DNA of 64,000 bases, taken from contig DATJUS010000041.1 of NCBI GenBank assembly GCA_035502175.1, positions 2,936-66,935 on the forward strand, read 5' to 3'. Under the pieces are notes generated by a model, which worked only from the letters and a program-made list of their open reading frames with translations, had not been told where the DNA came from and searched no databases. The DNA comes from Rhizomicrobium sp. GTDB taxonomy: Bacteria; Pseudomonadota; Alphaproteobacteria; Micropepsales; Micropepsaceae. Both the position numbers and the translations under genes were made by a program. Numbering within the stretch: position 1 is the first letter of the stretch; each line of letters begins with the position of its first letter. Below, piece by piece: positions 38,973 to 48,941 of this stretch.

Positions 38973-39848
38973 TTACCTGTGGGAAGGCGCGACCTGCGCC
39001 ACCGACGACAGCACGTCCATCACGCCAGGTGTCAGCAGGAACGGCGTCGAAGGGACCGTGCTCGTGTCGCCGTCGTCATCGTCGTTGCCGAACGACATGC
39101 TCGACAGATGCGGGGTCCAATTCAGCACGCTCGAAAGCATCGAGGACGTATCCATGTCCGACGCGCTCGCGTTCGAAACAAGGCTGTGCGTCGCGGCGCG
39201 CGCGGTTTGCACCGGAATTGCTTTGTCGCCTGACTCCGGCTGCTTGAGCGCCCAGTTGTAGACATCGCGCACGGTCTTGGCGCTGCCGTCGGCGTGATAG
39301 AATACGCTGCGGTTCGCATCCGCCGCCGCGGGGAAAGCATCCGCCGCGCTGGCATTCGGATTCCTGGCGCTCATCTGGATGAGCTTGCAGGCAGCCTGCG
39401 GCCCCAGGAAATGCGCCGCATAGAGTTCGCCGTCGCAGACATTGCGGCCGAGCGAGCCTTCGAGCGTCGCCTTGGTCTTGTTGGCGAACTCGCCAGCCAT
39501 CAGGGAGGCGACCTTTGGGTCCTTGCGCAGGGCAAGAATTGCCTGGCGATCGGCGTCGTTGGCGACCTTAAAGTGCCCATCGCCGTCCTGGGTGATGGCG
39601 TTGGCATAGCTGCCGAGGCCGTACTTCGCGCCGGTTTCCTTGACCATGCCCAGCCAGGTCTGGCCGGTGAACTGGAACAGGCCACAGGCCGACGAAGTGC
39701 TTGATTGTGCTTGAGGTTTCAGGCTGCTCTCGCGCATCGCGGTGCCGAGCAGATAATGGAAATCCGACCCCGTCGCGGCGCTGGCCTGCTTCAGGACGGA
39801 TATGATCTGGGCCTTGTCGGCCGTGGAATTTGCGGCTTCTGCCAGCAT
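38973..39848 (-). CDS. Lytic transglycosylase (SLT-like) protein
   Basis: AMRESS catalytic Glu, GLFQF, LYAAHFLG. Confidence 0.85.
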   Translation of the reverse strand: MLAEAANSTADKAQIISVLKQASAATGSDFHYLLGTAMRESSLKPQAQSSTSSACGLFQFTGQTWLGMVKETGAKYGLGSYANAITQDGDGHFKVANDADRQAILALRKDPKVASLMAGEFANKTKATLEGSLGRNVCDGELYAAHFLGPQAACKLIQMSARNPNASAADAFPAAADANRSVFYHADGSAKTVRDVYNWALKQPESGDKAIPVQTARAATHSLVSNASASDMDTSSMLSSVLNWTPHLSSMSFGNDDDDGDTSTVPSTPFLLTPGVMDVLSSVAQVAPSHR

Positions 39849-39896
39849 GGTTCCGGTTCTCCTGCCTCACCAGGAGCAACCGCCGTGCCAGATTTG

Positions 39897-39912
39897 GTTA
39901 AAGCGCCTTAAC
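39897..39912 (-). promoter_or_regulatory. CtrA-like site upstream of the transglycosylase (non-canonical N6 spacing)
   Basis: Minus strand GTTAAGGCGCTTTAAC(C); overlaps the HIT stop codon. Confidence 0.35.
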
Positions 39913-40302
39913 GAGTTCGCCGACGAGGTTCTGCAGCGCTCCCGCCGCATAGAGCTCAGCGTTTCCCTGCCCCCACACCGGACCCGGCCAGGCCGCATCG
40001 CCGGAGTTGCGCGCGATGACGTGGATGTGGAGCTGCGGCACGAGATTGCCGAGCGCGCCGACATTGATCTTCGCGGCTTGCGAAAAATGCTTGAGGCGTT
40101 CGCCCGCCAGCGCGATCTCGGCCATCAGCATTTCGCGGTCTTCGGGACATAGCTCGAAGATCTCCGTCACGGCGTCGCGGCGCGGAACAAGGATGAGCCA
40201 CTGATAGCGCGCATCATTCATCAGCAGCACACGGCACAGCGTCCAGTCCATGACGAACGCGGTGTCGGCGGCCAGTCGTGGATGCAGTTCGAAATCGCGC
40301 AT
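39898..40302 (-). CDS. HIT-family protein
   Basis: LGNLVPQLHIHVIAR. Confidence 0.9.
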   Translation of the reverse strand: MRDFELHPRLAADTAFVMDWTLCRVLLMNDARYQWLILVPRRDAVTEIFELCPEDREMLMAEIALAGERLKHFSQAAKINVGALGNLVPQLHIHVIARNSGDAAWPGPVWGQGNAELYAAGALQNLVGELVKAL

Positions 40303-40362
40303 GGTCGGCCCCGGTTCAGCTTGGCATAGTGCCATGCGGGCGGTTCGCGCCAAGGGGGCAGT

Positions 40363-41553
40363 TTGCGCATCGGGATCATCGGCTGCGGGGTCGCGGGGCA
40401 GGCTTCGGCGATTGCACTCGCCCGCGCCGGTCACGACATCACCGTGTTCGAGCGCTTCGAGACCGCGCGGCCGTTGGGTGCGGGATTGTTGCTACAACCG
40501 TCAGGCCTTTCGGCGCTGGCGCGTCTCGGCTTGCGCGATCAGGCGGAGTCGTGGGGCGCGCGCGTTTCGGAACTCGACGGACGGATCGCATCCGGCAAAC
40601 GCGTGCTCGATCTTGCCTATGGCAACGGCGAATATGGTCTCGGCATTCACCGCGGCGCATTGTTTCAGGTGCTGCATGACGCACTGCTGGCGAGCGGCGC
40701 AAAGGTCCGCCTGAGCTTTGACGTGACAAGCGTCGAAAATTTCACAGCGCCCGTCATCGTATCGCGCAGCGGAGAACGCGAAGGGCCGTTCGATCTTGTG
40801 ATCGATTGCGCCGGCGCGCATGACGGCTTGCGCAGCACGCTCGGCATGCGCGTGCGTGCGCCGGTCTATCCGTGGGGCGCGTTCTGGACGACGTGTCCCG
40901 ACCGCACGGGCCAGTTCGAAGGCAAGCTGCGCCAGATGTATGCGCGCGCCTCCATCATGATGGGCGTGCTGCCGGTTGGGCGCGTGCCCGGCGGCTCGCA
41001 GGAATATCCGCTTGTGGCGTTTTTCTGGAGTCTGCGGCTCGACGATCAGGATGCGCAGCGCAAAGCCGGACTGGATCTCCTGAAAAGCCGCGCTATCGCG
41101 GCGTGGCCTGCCGCGGAACCGATCATTCGCGAGATCGCGCGGTTCGAGGATATGTCATTCGCGACCTATCGCGATGTTTCGCTCGGCGATTGGCGGCAAC
41201 GGCGCGTGCTCGTGATCGGCGACGCAGCGCACGGCACCAGCCCGCAGCTCGGACAAGGTGCGAACCTCGCGCTGATCGATTCCGTGATGCTGGCGCATCA
41301 TCTCGCGCGCGAGAGCGATGTCGATTCAGCACTCGGTGCATTTCATCGCGCGCGGCGTCCGCATATCCGGTTCTATCGCTGGGCGTCGTGCGCGCTGACA
41401 CCGGCCTTCCAGTCGGACAGCAGGATCATTCCCTGGCTGCGCGACACGTTCCTGCCTTATGCGAACCTGCTGCCGGGTGGACGCTATATGACGCGCACCA
41501 CGCTGTCGGGCGTGCGCAAATCCCCGTTCGGAAAATGGAAACTGCCGGATTAG
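40363..41553 (+). CDS. FAD-dependent monooxygenase (UbiH/salicylate hydroxylase-like)
   Basis: GCGVAG, IGDAAHGTSPQLGQGAN; TTG start. Confidence 0.88.
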   Translation: MRIGIIGCGVAGQASAIALARAGHDITVFERFETARPLGAGLLLQPSGLSALARLGLRDQAESWGARVSELDGRIASGKRVLDLAYGNGEYGLGIHRGALFQVLHDALLASGAKVRLSFDVTSVENFTAPVIVSRSGEREGPFDLVIDCAGAHDGLRSTLGMRVRAPVYPWGAFWTTCPDRTGQFEGKLRQMYARASIMMGVLPVGRVPGGSQEYPLVAFFWSLRLDDQDAQRKAGLDLLKSRAIAAWPAAEPIIREIARFEDMSFATYRDVSLGDWRQRRVLVIGDAAHGTSPQLGQGANLALIDSVMLAHHLARESDVDSALGAFHRARRPHIRFYRWASCALTPAFQSDSRIIPWLRDTFLPYANLLPGGRYMTRTTLSGVRKSPFGKWKLPD

Positions 41554-42539
41554 CTCAAGCCCACCATCGCAGGTGTCACCAATCCCTGACGCCAGGCGAG
41601 GAAGATCAGATAGCACGCATAGGACAGCACCAGCAGCGCACCGCGCGGACGCGTGAGCCGCCAGCTTGTGATCAGGAGTGGGAGCAACAGCGCGCTCGCC
41701 GCCGCCATCACCAGCAGATCGTTGCTGAGCACCGGATTGACCGAGAGCGGCACGAGCGCAGCTGTGACACCGATCGCGCCGAGCGAATTGAACACGTTCG
41801 AACCCACGAGATGGCCGATCGCGATCTGCGTCTGCCCCCGCGCCGCGGCCATCAACGTGACGAACAGTTCGGGGACCGACGAGCCGAATGCGACCACGGT
41901 CAAGCCGATCATCGCCTGGGAAAGCTGATACTCCCGCGCGACCGCGACGGCGCCGATCACGGCGAAATGCGCACCGACGGCGAGACCGACAAGCCCGAAC
42001 AGAAAGAAGAAGAGGCCCGCTGTGCCCGACAGGCCTTCGCTCTGCAGGCGCGCCAGCGCGCGCGCGCAAGGGACCGAATGCTCCGACGAGCGCCGCCAGT
42101 CGCTGAAGAAATGCACGATGACGTAGAGAGCGAAGGCGCCGAGCAGCGCATAGCCGTCGATCTTCCCGATCGTGCCGTCGCGCGTTATCAGCGCGAGCCC
42201 AAGCGCAGCAAGCAGCATCGCGGTGCCGTCACGCAGCACGACCTTCGGCGAACTCGGCAGCGGACGGATCACCGCCGCGAGGCCAAGGATCAGAAGCAGA
42301 TTGAGGATATTGCTGCCCACGACATTGGCGAGCGCGATATCCGGTGCACCGGCATAGGCAGCCTGTAGCGAGACGGCGAATTCCGGCGCCGACGTTCCCG
42401 CCGTGATGACCAGCAACCCGATCACAAGGGGCGGAAGATTGACGGCGCGCGCCATGGTGACGCCGCCGCGTACGACGGCTTCGCTGCCGAACAGCAGCAT
42501 CAGCAACCCGCCGCCCAGGAACCAGTACGCCATCGACAT
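41550..42539 (-). CDS. Ca2+/Na+ antiporter (YrbG-like)
   Basis: Two alpha repeats GTSAPE and GSSVPE, each followed by GSN. Confidence 0.9.
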   Translation of the reverse strand: MSMAYWFLGGGLLMLLFGSEAVVRGGVTMARAVNLPPLVIGLLVITAGTSAPEFAVSLQAAYAGAPDIALANVVGSNILNLLLILGLAAVIRPLPSSPKVVLRDGTAMLLAALGLALITRDGTIGKIDGYALLGAFALYVIVHFFSDWRRSSEHSVPCARALARLQSEGLSGTAGLFFFLFGLVGLAVGAHFAVIGAVAVAREYQLSQAMIGLTVVAFGSSVPELFVTLMAAARGQTQIAIGHLVGSNVFNSLGAIGVTAALVPLSVNPVLSNDLLVMAAASALLLPLLITSWRLTRPRGALLVLSYACYLIFLAWRQGLVTPAMVGLS

Positions 42540-42587
42540 AACTCAGAGCCCCAGCCCTGTGCCGGCTCGATAACGAACGGCGAAGAC

Positions 42588-43688
42588 CTAGACAAGCGAT
42601 CCGTGAAAGCGGCGCGGATCGAAGGCGGCAAAGTCTATCGTGCGTTCCAGAACGAGACCGGACAGCATTTCCGCCACCACCGGTGCAAAGAGAATGCCGT
42701 TCCGGTACTGCCCGGACGCCACAAAAAGCCCGTTTACCGCGGTCGGACCCAGCAGCGGCAATCCATCCGGCGAGCCGGGGCGAAGCCCTGCCCAATGCTC
42801 CGCGATCTTCCAATCCTTAAGGCTGGGCATGAGTGAGACAGCCTGATCGCTCAGCCAGTCTTCTGCGCCTTTGGTCAGTCCGGTATCGAAGCCCACATCT
42901 TCCAGCGTCGCACCGACCAGCAACCGGCCGCCGCGCGGAACAAGATAGACATCGTTGCCCCAGACAACATGCGTGGGAAGCGGCGTGCCCTCTGGCGGGA
43001 CGAGCGAGAGCATCTCGCCCTTCATCGGCTTCACTGCGGGGATGACCTCGGGTGGCAATCCGCCGATCAATCCGCTCCACGCACCGGCCGCGAGCACGAA
43101 GGCGTCGGCTTCATAGAATTTCGTCGACGTCAGCACGCCGACAGCGCGACCGTCGCGCGCTTCGACGCGCATCACGGGCTCGTTCAAGACAAGTATTCCG
43201 GCTGCCCGGACAAAGGCACGCGCCAGCGCTTGCCCCAATGCGCGATTGTCGACCTGCGCTTCGCGGGCGGCCCACAACGCGCCGGCAACGTCATGCGACA
43301 GCAGCGGCTCCATCGCGCGCGCATCGTCTGCGCTCAGGACTTGCAGATCGGGATCGGCGCCAGCACGCGCGGCATAGCCGTCCGCCTGACCGGCGTTCAT
43401 CGCCACCATCAACGAACCGCTTTGCGCGTAGCCGATCTTCATGCCGGATGCGTCTTCGATCTCGCGCGCAAAATCCGGCCACTGCACGAGCGCGCGATAG
43501 GCAAGCTCACCTTCCGGCGATTGTTTCTCGCCATGCTCCGCCGTCGCGGCCAGCATTCCGGCTGCGGCCCAGGTTGCGCCGTGTCCGGCCTGCGCCCGTT
43601 CCAGGACGGTCACATCGACGCCGGCTTGCCTGAGCCGCCATCCGATCGAAAGCCCGGCGACACCGGCGCCGATGACGACAACCTTCAC
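42588..43688 (-). CDS. thiO: Glycine oxidase
   Basis: GAGVAG, AAAGML, WAGLRP, GQYRNGIL; GTG start. Confidence 0.8.
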   Translation of the reverse strand: MKVVVIGAGVAGLSIGWRLRQAGVDVTVLERAQAGHGATWAAAGMLAATAEHGEKQSPEGELAYRALVQWPDFAREIEDASGMKIGYAQSGSLMVAMNAGQADGYAARAGADPDLQVLSADDARAMEPLLSHDVAGALWAAREAQVDNRALGQALARAFVRAAGILVLNEPVMRVEARDGRAVGVLTSTKFYEADAFVLAAGAWSGLIGGLPPEVIPAVKPMKGEMLSLVPPEGTPLPTHVVWGNDVYLVPRGGRLLVGATLEDVGFDTGLTKGAEDWLSDQAVSLMPSLKDWKIAEHWAGLRPGSPDGLPLLGPTAVNGLFVASGQYRNGILFAPVVAEMLSGLVLERTIDFAAFDPRRFHGSLV

Positions 43689-44218
43689 GCCGTGCTCCGC
43701 ATCAGAGCCAAAGCGACGCGCGCGCCGGCTGCGGCAAAGCAGGAAATCCCGAGCACATACGCGACAAGACTGAACCAGAGCGGAAACGCGCACATCAGCG
43801 CAAACGCAACGATGCAGGCCAAACGATCTGTTTCCGCGAGCGCGCGGTTGGCGTTGGCGACGAGCGAAGCCGCACCAAGCGCGATCAACCCGAACAGAAG
43901 AAACGAGGCCGCGACCGCACGGCTCGGATCGCCGAGCGCAAACCCGAATGGCACGCCGGCAAAGACAACGAGATCGAACGTCGCCGAAAGCGCTTTCACA
44001 CGCTCCGTCGCGGCGGTGCGGCCCAGCGCAGCGATCAGCAATCCGCCCAGCAGCACAGGAAGCGCGATCCAGCTGTGGCCCGTCGCCAGCAGGGGCGCCG
44101 CCGCCATCGCCACGACGAACCCGATCGCGATGAGCGCGAAATCGCCGACACCCGACGCATTCAGCCGCGCCGCCGTCGTCGCGCGCGTGTATTGGACGAA
44201 AGAGACCAGCCCGTGCAT
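43685..44218 (-). CDS. Membrane protein, degenerate CDP-alcohol phosphatidyltransferase (YnjF)-like
   Basis: DLVVFAGVPFGFALGDP resembles the YnjF region, but the DGxxAR catalytic motif is absent. Confidence 0.45.
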   Translation of the reverse strand: MHGLVSFVQYTRATTAARLNASGVGDFALIAIGFVVAMAAAPLLATGHSWIALPVLLGGLLIAALGRTAATERVKALSATFDLVVFAGVPFGFALGDPSRAVAASFLLFGLIALGAASLVANANRALAETDRLACIVAFALMCAFPLWFSLVAYVLGISCFAAAGARVALALMRSTA

Positions 44219-44387
44219 GAGCGACCGCTTAGGCGCAGCCACCTTACGCGTCAATCCATTCGCAAAAGGCCGCAGGTCCGGGCGCGGCTTTTTCGGCATC
44301 TACAGGTACAACATCCTGTTTTCACTCGCGTTTGCTCAATTCCGGTGGCCCCCTTAAGGTGCCTGCGGGATAGGAACGGGATTGCGG

Positions 44388-44954
44388 ATGTTGCGGCGGT
44401 TGGGAGTTTTGGCAGGCGCCGCGGCGCTGCTGTGGTCGGGCGCGGCAGAGGCCGGGCGCAGTCCGTGGTCCATGACGCTTTATGCCGGCCCGTCCTCGAC
44501 CGCCTTCGTCACCCAGATTCTGGACGGCAAGTTCGACGTGAATGGCGGCATGGTCGGCCTCGCCGTCGATCGCGGCCTGTGGCGGCTCGGCTCCGGGATT
44601 TCTCTCGCCGCCGAAATGCAGGTCACCGATTTCTTCGGCAAATACAGCTATCAGACGGGCGCATTCGGCCTCGGCCTCCGCTTCGACGAGTTTCCGTGGA
44701 GCGACAGCTTCCCCATGACCTTCGCGGTCTATACCGGCCCGTCCTACGCGCCGAACGCGCCGATCATCCTGGACCCGAAGCCGCATCCCGACCCGAAATT
44801 CCTGAACTTCGTGAGCCTCGAAGTGGGCTTCAGCATGAATCGCGATTGGGACATGGCGCTGCGCGCGTATCACCGATCCGGCGCATTCGGTCTCTACAGC
44901 AACACCGCCGACACCGGCAGCATGATCGGAATTGGATTCCGCCGGAAGTTCTGA
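44388..44954 (+). CDS. Small outer-membrane beta-barrel, PagL-like
   Basis: Signal peptide, amphipathic strands, YHRSG (H-x-S), terminal Phe. Confidence 0.5.
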   Translation: MLRRLGVLAGAAALLWSGAAEAGRSPWSMTLYAGPSSTAFVTQILDGKFDVNGGMVGLAVDRGLWRLGSGISLAAEMQVTDFFGKYSYQTGAFGLGLRFDEFPWSDSFPMTFAVYTGPSYAPNAPIILDPKPHPDPKFLNFVSLEVGFSMNRDWDMALRAYHRSGAFGLYSNTADTGSMIGIGFRRKF

Positions 44955-44956
44955 CG

Positions 44957-45571
44957 GTGACGTTGCCCGACGCGACCGACCTGCCCAGCCGCGCCGACGC
45001 CTTGCAGCAGCAATTGCGTGCCGCGGTCGATCCCGGCGAGAAACTCCTGTGGTCGGGCTTTCCGCGCCGGGGCCTGATGCTGCGCGCGCAGGACGCCTTC
45101 CTGATCCCGTTCAGTCTCCTGTGGGGCGGGTTCGCGATTTTCTGGGAATATTCCGTCATAACGGGCGAACGGGACGTGCCCGACCGGTTCGACTTTTGGG
45201 ACAAGGGCTTCGTGCTGTGGGGCGCGATGTTCGTCGTGGCAGGGCTCTACTTCATCTTCGGGCGGTTCTTCGCCGATTCCGCGCGCCGGGCGCGCACGAT
45301 TTACGCCGTAACCGACTGCCGCGTGATTATTTTGAGCGATTTCATGGGTCACAATAGCCGCAGCGTGACCCTTTCCGGACTGACCGATATCAATCTCGCA
45401 AAAAAAGCGAATGGCCGTGGAACGATTACCTTCGGTCCTGCGAACTATGGATACGACGTGCGCGGCTGGCCGACCACGATTCGCAACGTCGCTCCCCAAT
45501 TCGAGAGCATTGCGCGCGCCGAAGACGTTCTGAAAATCATCCGGGATGCGCAAATCGCACCCCGCGCCTGA
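44957..45571 (+). CDS. Membrane protein with bacterial PH-like domain
   Basis: GEKLLWSG, two TM helices, TIYAVTD.RVII, GTITF; GTG start. Confidence 0.7.
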   Translation: MTLPDATDLPSRADALQQQLRAAVDPGEKLLWSGFPRRGLMLRAQDAFLIPFSLLWGGFAIFWEYSVITGERDVPDRFDFWDKGFVLWGAMFVVAGLYFIFGRFFADSARRARTIYAVTDCRVIILSDFMGHNSRSVTLSGLTDINLAKKANGRGTITFGPANYGYDVRGWPTTIRNVAPQFESIARAEDVLKIIRDAQIAPRA

Positions 45572-45583
45572 AGGAGACTACAC

Positions 45584-46078
45584 ATGGAAAAAGCCACGTT
45601 CGGAGCCGGTTGCTTCTGGGGTGTCGAGCATTTCTTCGCCGAAGTGCCCGGCGTGCTCGATGCGGTGTCCGGCTATGAAGGCGGACACGCCGACAATCCC
45701 ACCTATCGCCAGGTCTGCAGCGGCACGACCAATCACGCCGAGGTCGTCGAGGTCACGTTCGATCCGGCGAAGGTGAGCTATGCCAGGCTCGTCGACCTGT
45801 TCTTCCGGATGCACAATCCCACCCAGCTCAACCGGCAGGGACCGGATGTCGGCACGCAATATCGCTCGGCCATCTTCGTCCACTCGCCGGAACAGGAGCG
45901 CATTGCACGCGAAGAATTGGAGAAAGCGAAATCTTCAGGCCGCTATTCGAGCCCGGTCGTCACCACGATCGAACCGGCGCAGACCTTCTGGAAGGCCGAG
46001 GACTATCACCAGGATTACTTCGAGAAGAACCACGGGCATTCGTGCCACGTGACCTACAAGGAGCTTGAGCACCAATGA
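45584..46078 (+). CDS. msrA: Peptide methionine sulfoxide reductase A
   Basis: GAGCFWG, GPDVGTQYRS, AEDYHQDY. Confidence 0.97.
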   Translation: MEKATFGAGCFWGVEHFFAEVPGVLDAVSGYEGGHADNPTYRQVCSGTTNHAEVVEVTFDPAKVSYARLVDLFFRMHNPTQLNRQGPDVGTQYRSAIFVHSPEQERIAREELEKAKSSGRYSSPVVTTIEPAQTFWKAEDYHQDYFEKNHGHSCHVTYKELEHQ

Positions 46079-47850
46079 GAGCATCGAGGGCGGTAGCAGG
46101 GGCACTGGTCATCATGGCGACGACAATCACGGCGAATGTGTCTTACGGCGAGATCGGACGCGGCGATCGCTATTCCGGCGCGCCGTGGGCAACGCGTTCG
46201 CCGGTGCTTGCCCAGCACGGCATGGTCGCGAGCGAGCAGCCATTGGCCTCTGAAGCCGCCGTCGAGGTGCTCAAGAAAGGCGGCAGCGCGGTCGATGCCG
46301 CGATTGCCGCCAACGCGATGATGGGATTGATGCAGCCGGTGCTCAACGGCATCGGCGGCGATCTGTTCGCCATCGTCTACGATCCAAAGACGAAAAAGCT
46401 CTACGGCTACAACGGCTCCGGCCGCGCCGCGATGGGCCGCGATCTCGCGAAGATGAAAGCGGAGGTCGAAGCCGCCTACACGAAAGCCGGCATGAAGCCG
46501 GTGCCGCACATTCCGCCGGTTGGTTCGCTGCCGATCACCGTGCCCGGCGCGGTGGATGCGTGGTTCGCGCTGCACGACAAGTTCGGCAAGCTGCCGATGA
46601 AGGACGTGCTCGCGCCCGCGATCCATTACGCGACCGACGGCTGGCCGGTGACGCAGCTCATTTCCGTTTACTGGAAAGGCAATATGGCCGCGTTCGAGAA
46701 GAACAAAGGCCTGATCGAAGAACTCGACAATGCGCGCCACACCTACATGCCCGATGGTCACACGCCGGCGGAAGGCGAGATCTTCAAGAACCCCGATCTC
46801 GCGCGCACTTACGGAATACTCGCGAAGGATGGCCGCGATGCCTATTACAAGGGTCCGATCGCGCACACGATCGACGCCTACTTCAAACGCATCGGCGGCG
46901 ATCTGCGCTACGAAGACTTCGCCAACCATCACGGCGAGTGGGTCGAGCCGCTGACCGTCAATTATCGCGGTTACGATGTGTACGAGTTGCCGCCGAACGG
47001 TCAGGGTGCAGCGGCACTGCAGATGCTGCTGATTCTCAAAGGCTACGATCTTAAAAAAATGGGCGTCGGCACGGCAGACACACTGACCGCGATGCTCGAA
47101 GCCAAGCGCCTCGCCTATGAAGACCTCGCAAAATGGTATGCCGATCCGGCGTTCGTGCACGTGCCGATGAAGGGATTGCTCTCCGATGCCTATGCCGATG
47201 AGCGCCGCAAGCTGATCGATCTGAAGCACGCCAATCCGAACATCGGTCCCGGCGAGCCCAAGCTGCATGACGGCGACACGATCTATCTCACCGCCGCCGA
47301 CAAGGACGGCATGATGGTCTCGCTGATCCAGTCGAACTATCGCGGCATGGGATCGGGGCTGGTCGCCGACGGCCTGGGCTTCATGTTCCAGGATCGCGGC
47401 GAGCTGTATTCGCTGCGCGATGGCGACGCGAACGTCTATGCGCCGGGCAAGCGTCCGTTCCAGACGATCATTCCGGGCTTCGTTATGAAAGATGGGCAAC
47501 CGTTCCTGTCGTTCGGCCTGATGGGCGGCGACATGCAGCCGCAGGGCCATGTGCAGGTGCTGACCAACATCATCGACTTCGGCATGAACGTGCAGGAGGC
47601 CGACGACGCCGCACGCTGGCGCCATTTCGGCGGAGCGGAACCGACCGGCGAACCCTCCACCGGCATAGGCACGGTCGAGATGGAATCGGGCTTCGATCCC
47701 AAGGTGAAGGAAGAACTCGCCCGCCGTGGGTACAAGATCGTGCCCGGTACAGGAGGCTTCGGCGGCTACCAGGCCATCATGCGCGCGCCCAACGGTGTCT
47801 ATTGGGGCGCCAGCGAGATGCGCAAGGACGGGGAAGTCATCGGATACTAG
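46075..47850 (+). CDS. ggt: Gamma-glutamyltransferase family protein (exported)
   Basis: GGSAVDAAIAAN, GIGGDLF, GDTIY (Thr nucleophile), PGKRPFQT, GGDMQPQG. Confidence 0.9.
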   Translation: MRASRAVAGALVIMATTITANVSYGEIGRGDRYSGAPWATRSPVLAQHGMVASEQPLASEAAVEVLKKGGSAVDAAIAANAMMGLMQPVLNGIGGDLFAIVYDPKTKKLYGYNGSGRAAMGRDLAKMKAEVEAAYTKAGMKPVPHIPPVGSLPITVPGAVDAWFALHDKFGKLPMKDVLAPAIHYATDGWPVTQLISVYWKGNMAAFEKNKGLIEELDNARHTYMPDGHTPAEGEIFKNPDLARTYGILAKDGRDAYYKGPIAHTIDAYFKRIGGDLRYEDFANHHGEWVEPLTVNYRGYDVYELPPNGQGAAALQMLLILKGYDLKKMGVGTADTLTAMLEAKRLAYEDLAKWYADPAFVHVPMKGLLSDAYADERRKLIDLKHANPNIGPGEPKLHDGDTIYLTAADKDGMMVSLIQSNYRGMGSGLVADGLGFMFQDRGELYSLRDGDANVYAPGKRPFQTIIPGFVMKDGQPFLSFGLMGGDMQPQGHVQVLTNIIDFGMNVQEADDAARWRHFGGAEPTGEPSTGIGTVEMESGFDPKVKEELARRGYKIVPGTGGFGGYQAIMRAPNGVYWGASEMRKDGEVIGY

Positions 47851-47893
47851 GCAAACCGCCGGATTCAACGCATCGCGCGCGACATCCTGATAC

Positions 47894-47917
47894 GAAGAAA
47901 ACTTTGAAGTTTCCTTC
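47894..47917. promoter_or_regulatory. Putative MarR operator
   Basis: GAAGAAAACTT-TG-AAGTTTCCTTC inverted repeat (10/11) 21 nt upstream of marR. Confidence 0.6.
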
Positions 47918-47938
47918 TTAGATGCCTATATCGGTCTC

Positions 47939-48370
47939 ATGACCGACCGGAGCACTGCCGCCCTTGCCGAAGCCCTGCGCGGGCTTATCGGCAATCTGAA
48001 GCGGCAGATGCGTGCGCAATCCCACGCCGGCGAACTCAGCTGGTCACAGCTGTCCATGCTCAGCCGGCTGGAACGCGACGGGCCCGCGACCGTCACCGCC
48101 GTGGCGCGGGTGGAGGGTGTCCGCCCGCAATCCATGGGCGCGACGATCCGCGAATTCGAGGCAGCGGGATATGTGACCGGTGCGCCCGATCCCAAGGATG
48201 GACGACAGACGCTTTGGTCCGTCACACCGGTGGCGCGCGATCTGGTGGAAGCCGCACGCGCCGCGCGGCAGGACTGGCTGCAGGCGACGCTCCAGAAAAA
48301 CTACACCCAGACAGAACGCGATGAGCTCACCCGTGCGGTGAACCTGCTCGAACGCATTTTTGAAAGCTGA
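47939..48370 (+). CDS. MarR-family regulator
   Basis: LSWSQLSMLSRL, winged HTH, DPKDGRQ. Confidence 0.92.
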   Translation: MTDRSTAALAEALRGLIGNLKRQMRAQSHAGELSWSQLSMLSRLERDGPATVTAVARVEGVRPQSMGATIREFEAAGYVTGAPDPKDGRQTLWSVTPVARDLVEAARAARQDWLQATLQKNYTQTERDELTRAVNLLERIFES

Positions 48371-48374
48371 GGCC

Positions 48375-48941
48375 ATGACCGTCACTACGCTCGATCCCAA
48401 AACTGCCCTCATCGTCGTCGATCTGCAGAAAGGCATCCTCACGCGCGTCAGCGCCGACGCGATTTCGGGCGTCGTGAAAAATGCGGTCGCGCTTCTGGAC
48501 GCGTTCCGCGCGCACAATCTTCCGGTCGTGCTCGTAAACGTGACAGGCGTGGCACCGGGGCGTAACGAGGGACCGCGCATGCCTGCAAGCTTTCCAGCGG
48601 AGTTTGCCGAACTCATTCCCGAACTCAAGCAGCAGCCGTCCGATCATCTCGTCACCAAGAGCACCTGGGGGGCCTTCACCAACACCGATCTCGACGCGTG
48701 GCTCAAGAAGAACGCCGTGACGCAGGTCGTTGTCTGCGGCGTCGCAACCAGCGCCGGAGTCGAATCCACCGCACGGTTCGCGCACGAGCTTGGTTACAAC
48801 GTTACGCTTGCCAGCGATGCCATGACCGACATGAGCCCGGAAGCACACGAGAACAGCATCAAGCGCATCTTTCCGAGAATGGGCGAAACAGGAACGACGG
48901 CAGAGATCGTCGCCATGATCGGCAAAGGAAGCGCACAATGA
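48375..48941 (+). CDS. Isochorismatase/cysteine hydrolase family protein
   Basis: LIVVDLQKG, TKSTWGAFTNTDL, GVATSAGVEST (Ala/Gly at the usual catalytic Cys position). Confidence 0.88.
   Translation: MTVTTLDPKTALIVVDLQKGILTRVSADAISGVVKNAVALLDAFRAHNLPVVLVNVTGVAPGRNEGPRMPASFPAEFAELIPELKQQPSDHLVTKSTWGAFTNTDLDAWLKKNAVTQVVVCGVATSAGVESTARFAHELGYNVTLASDAMTDMSPEAHENSIKRIFPRMGETGTTAEIVAMIGKGSAQ

Noticed and set aside
43689-44387. TPP riboswitch upstream of thiO
   Set aside because: No CTGAGA / CCTGA..GATAATGC core seen, and thiO is coupled to the upstream gene
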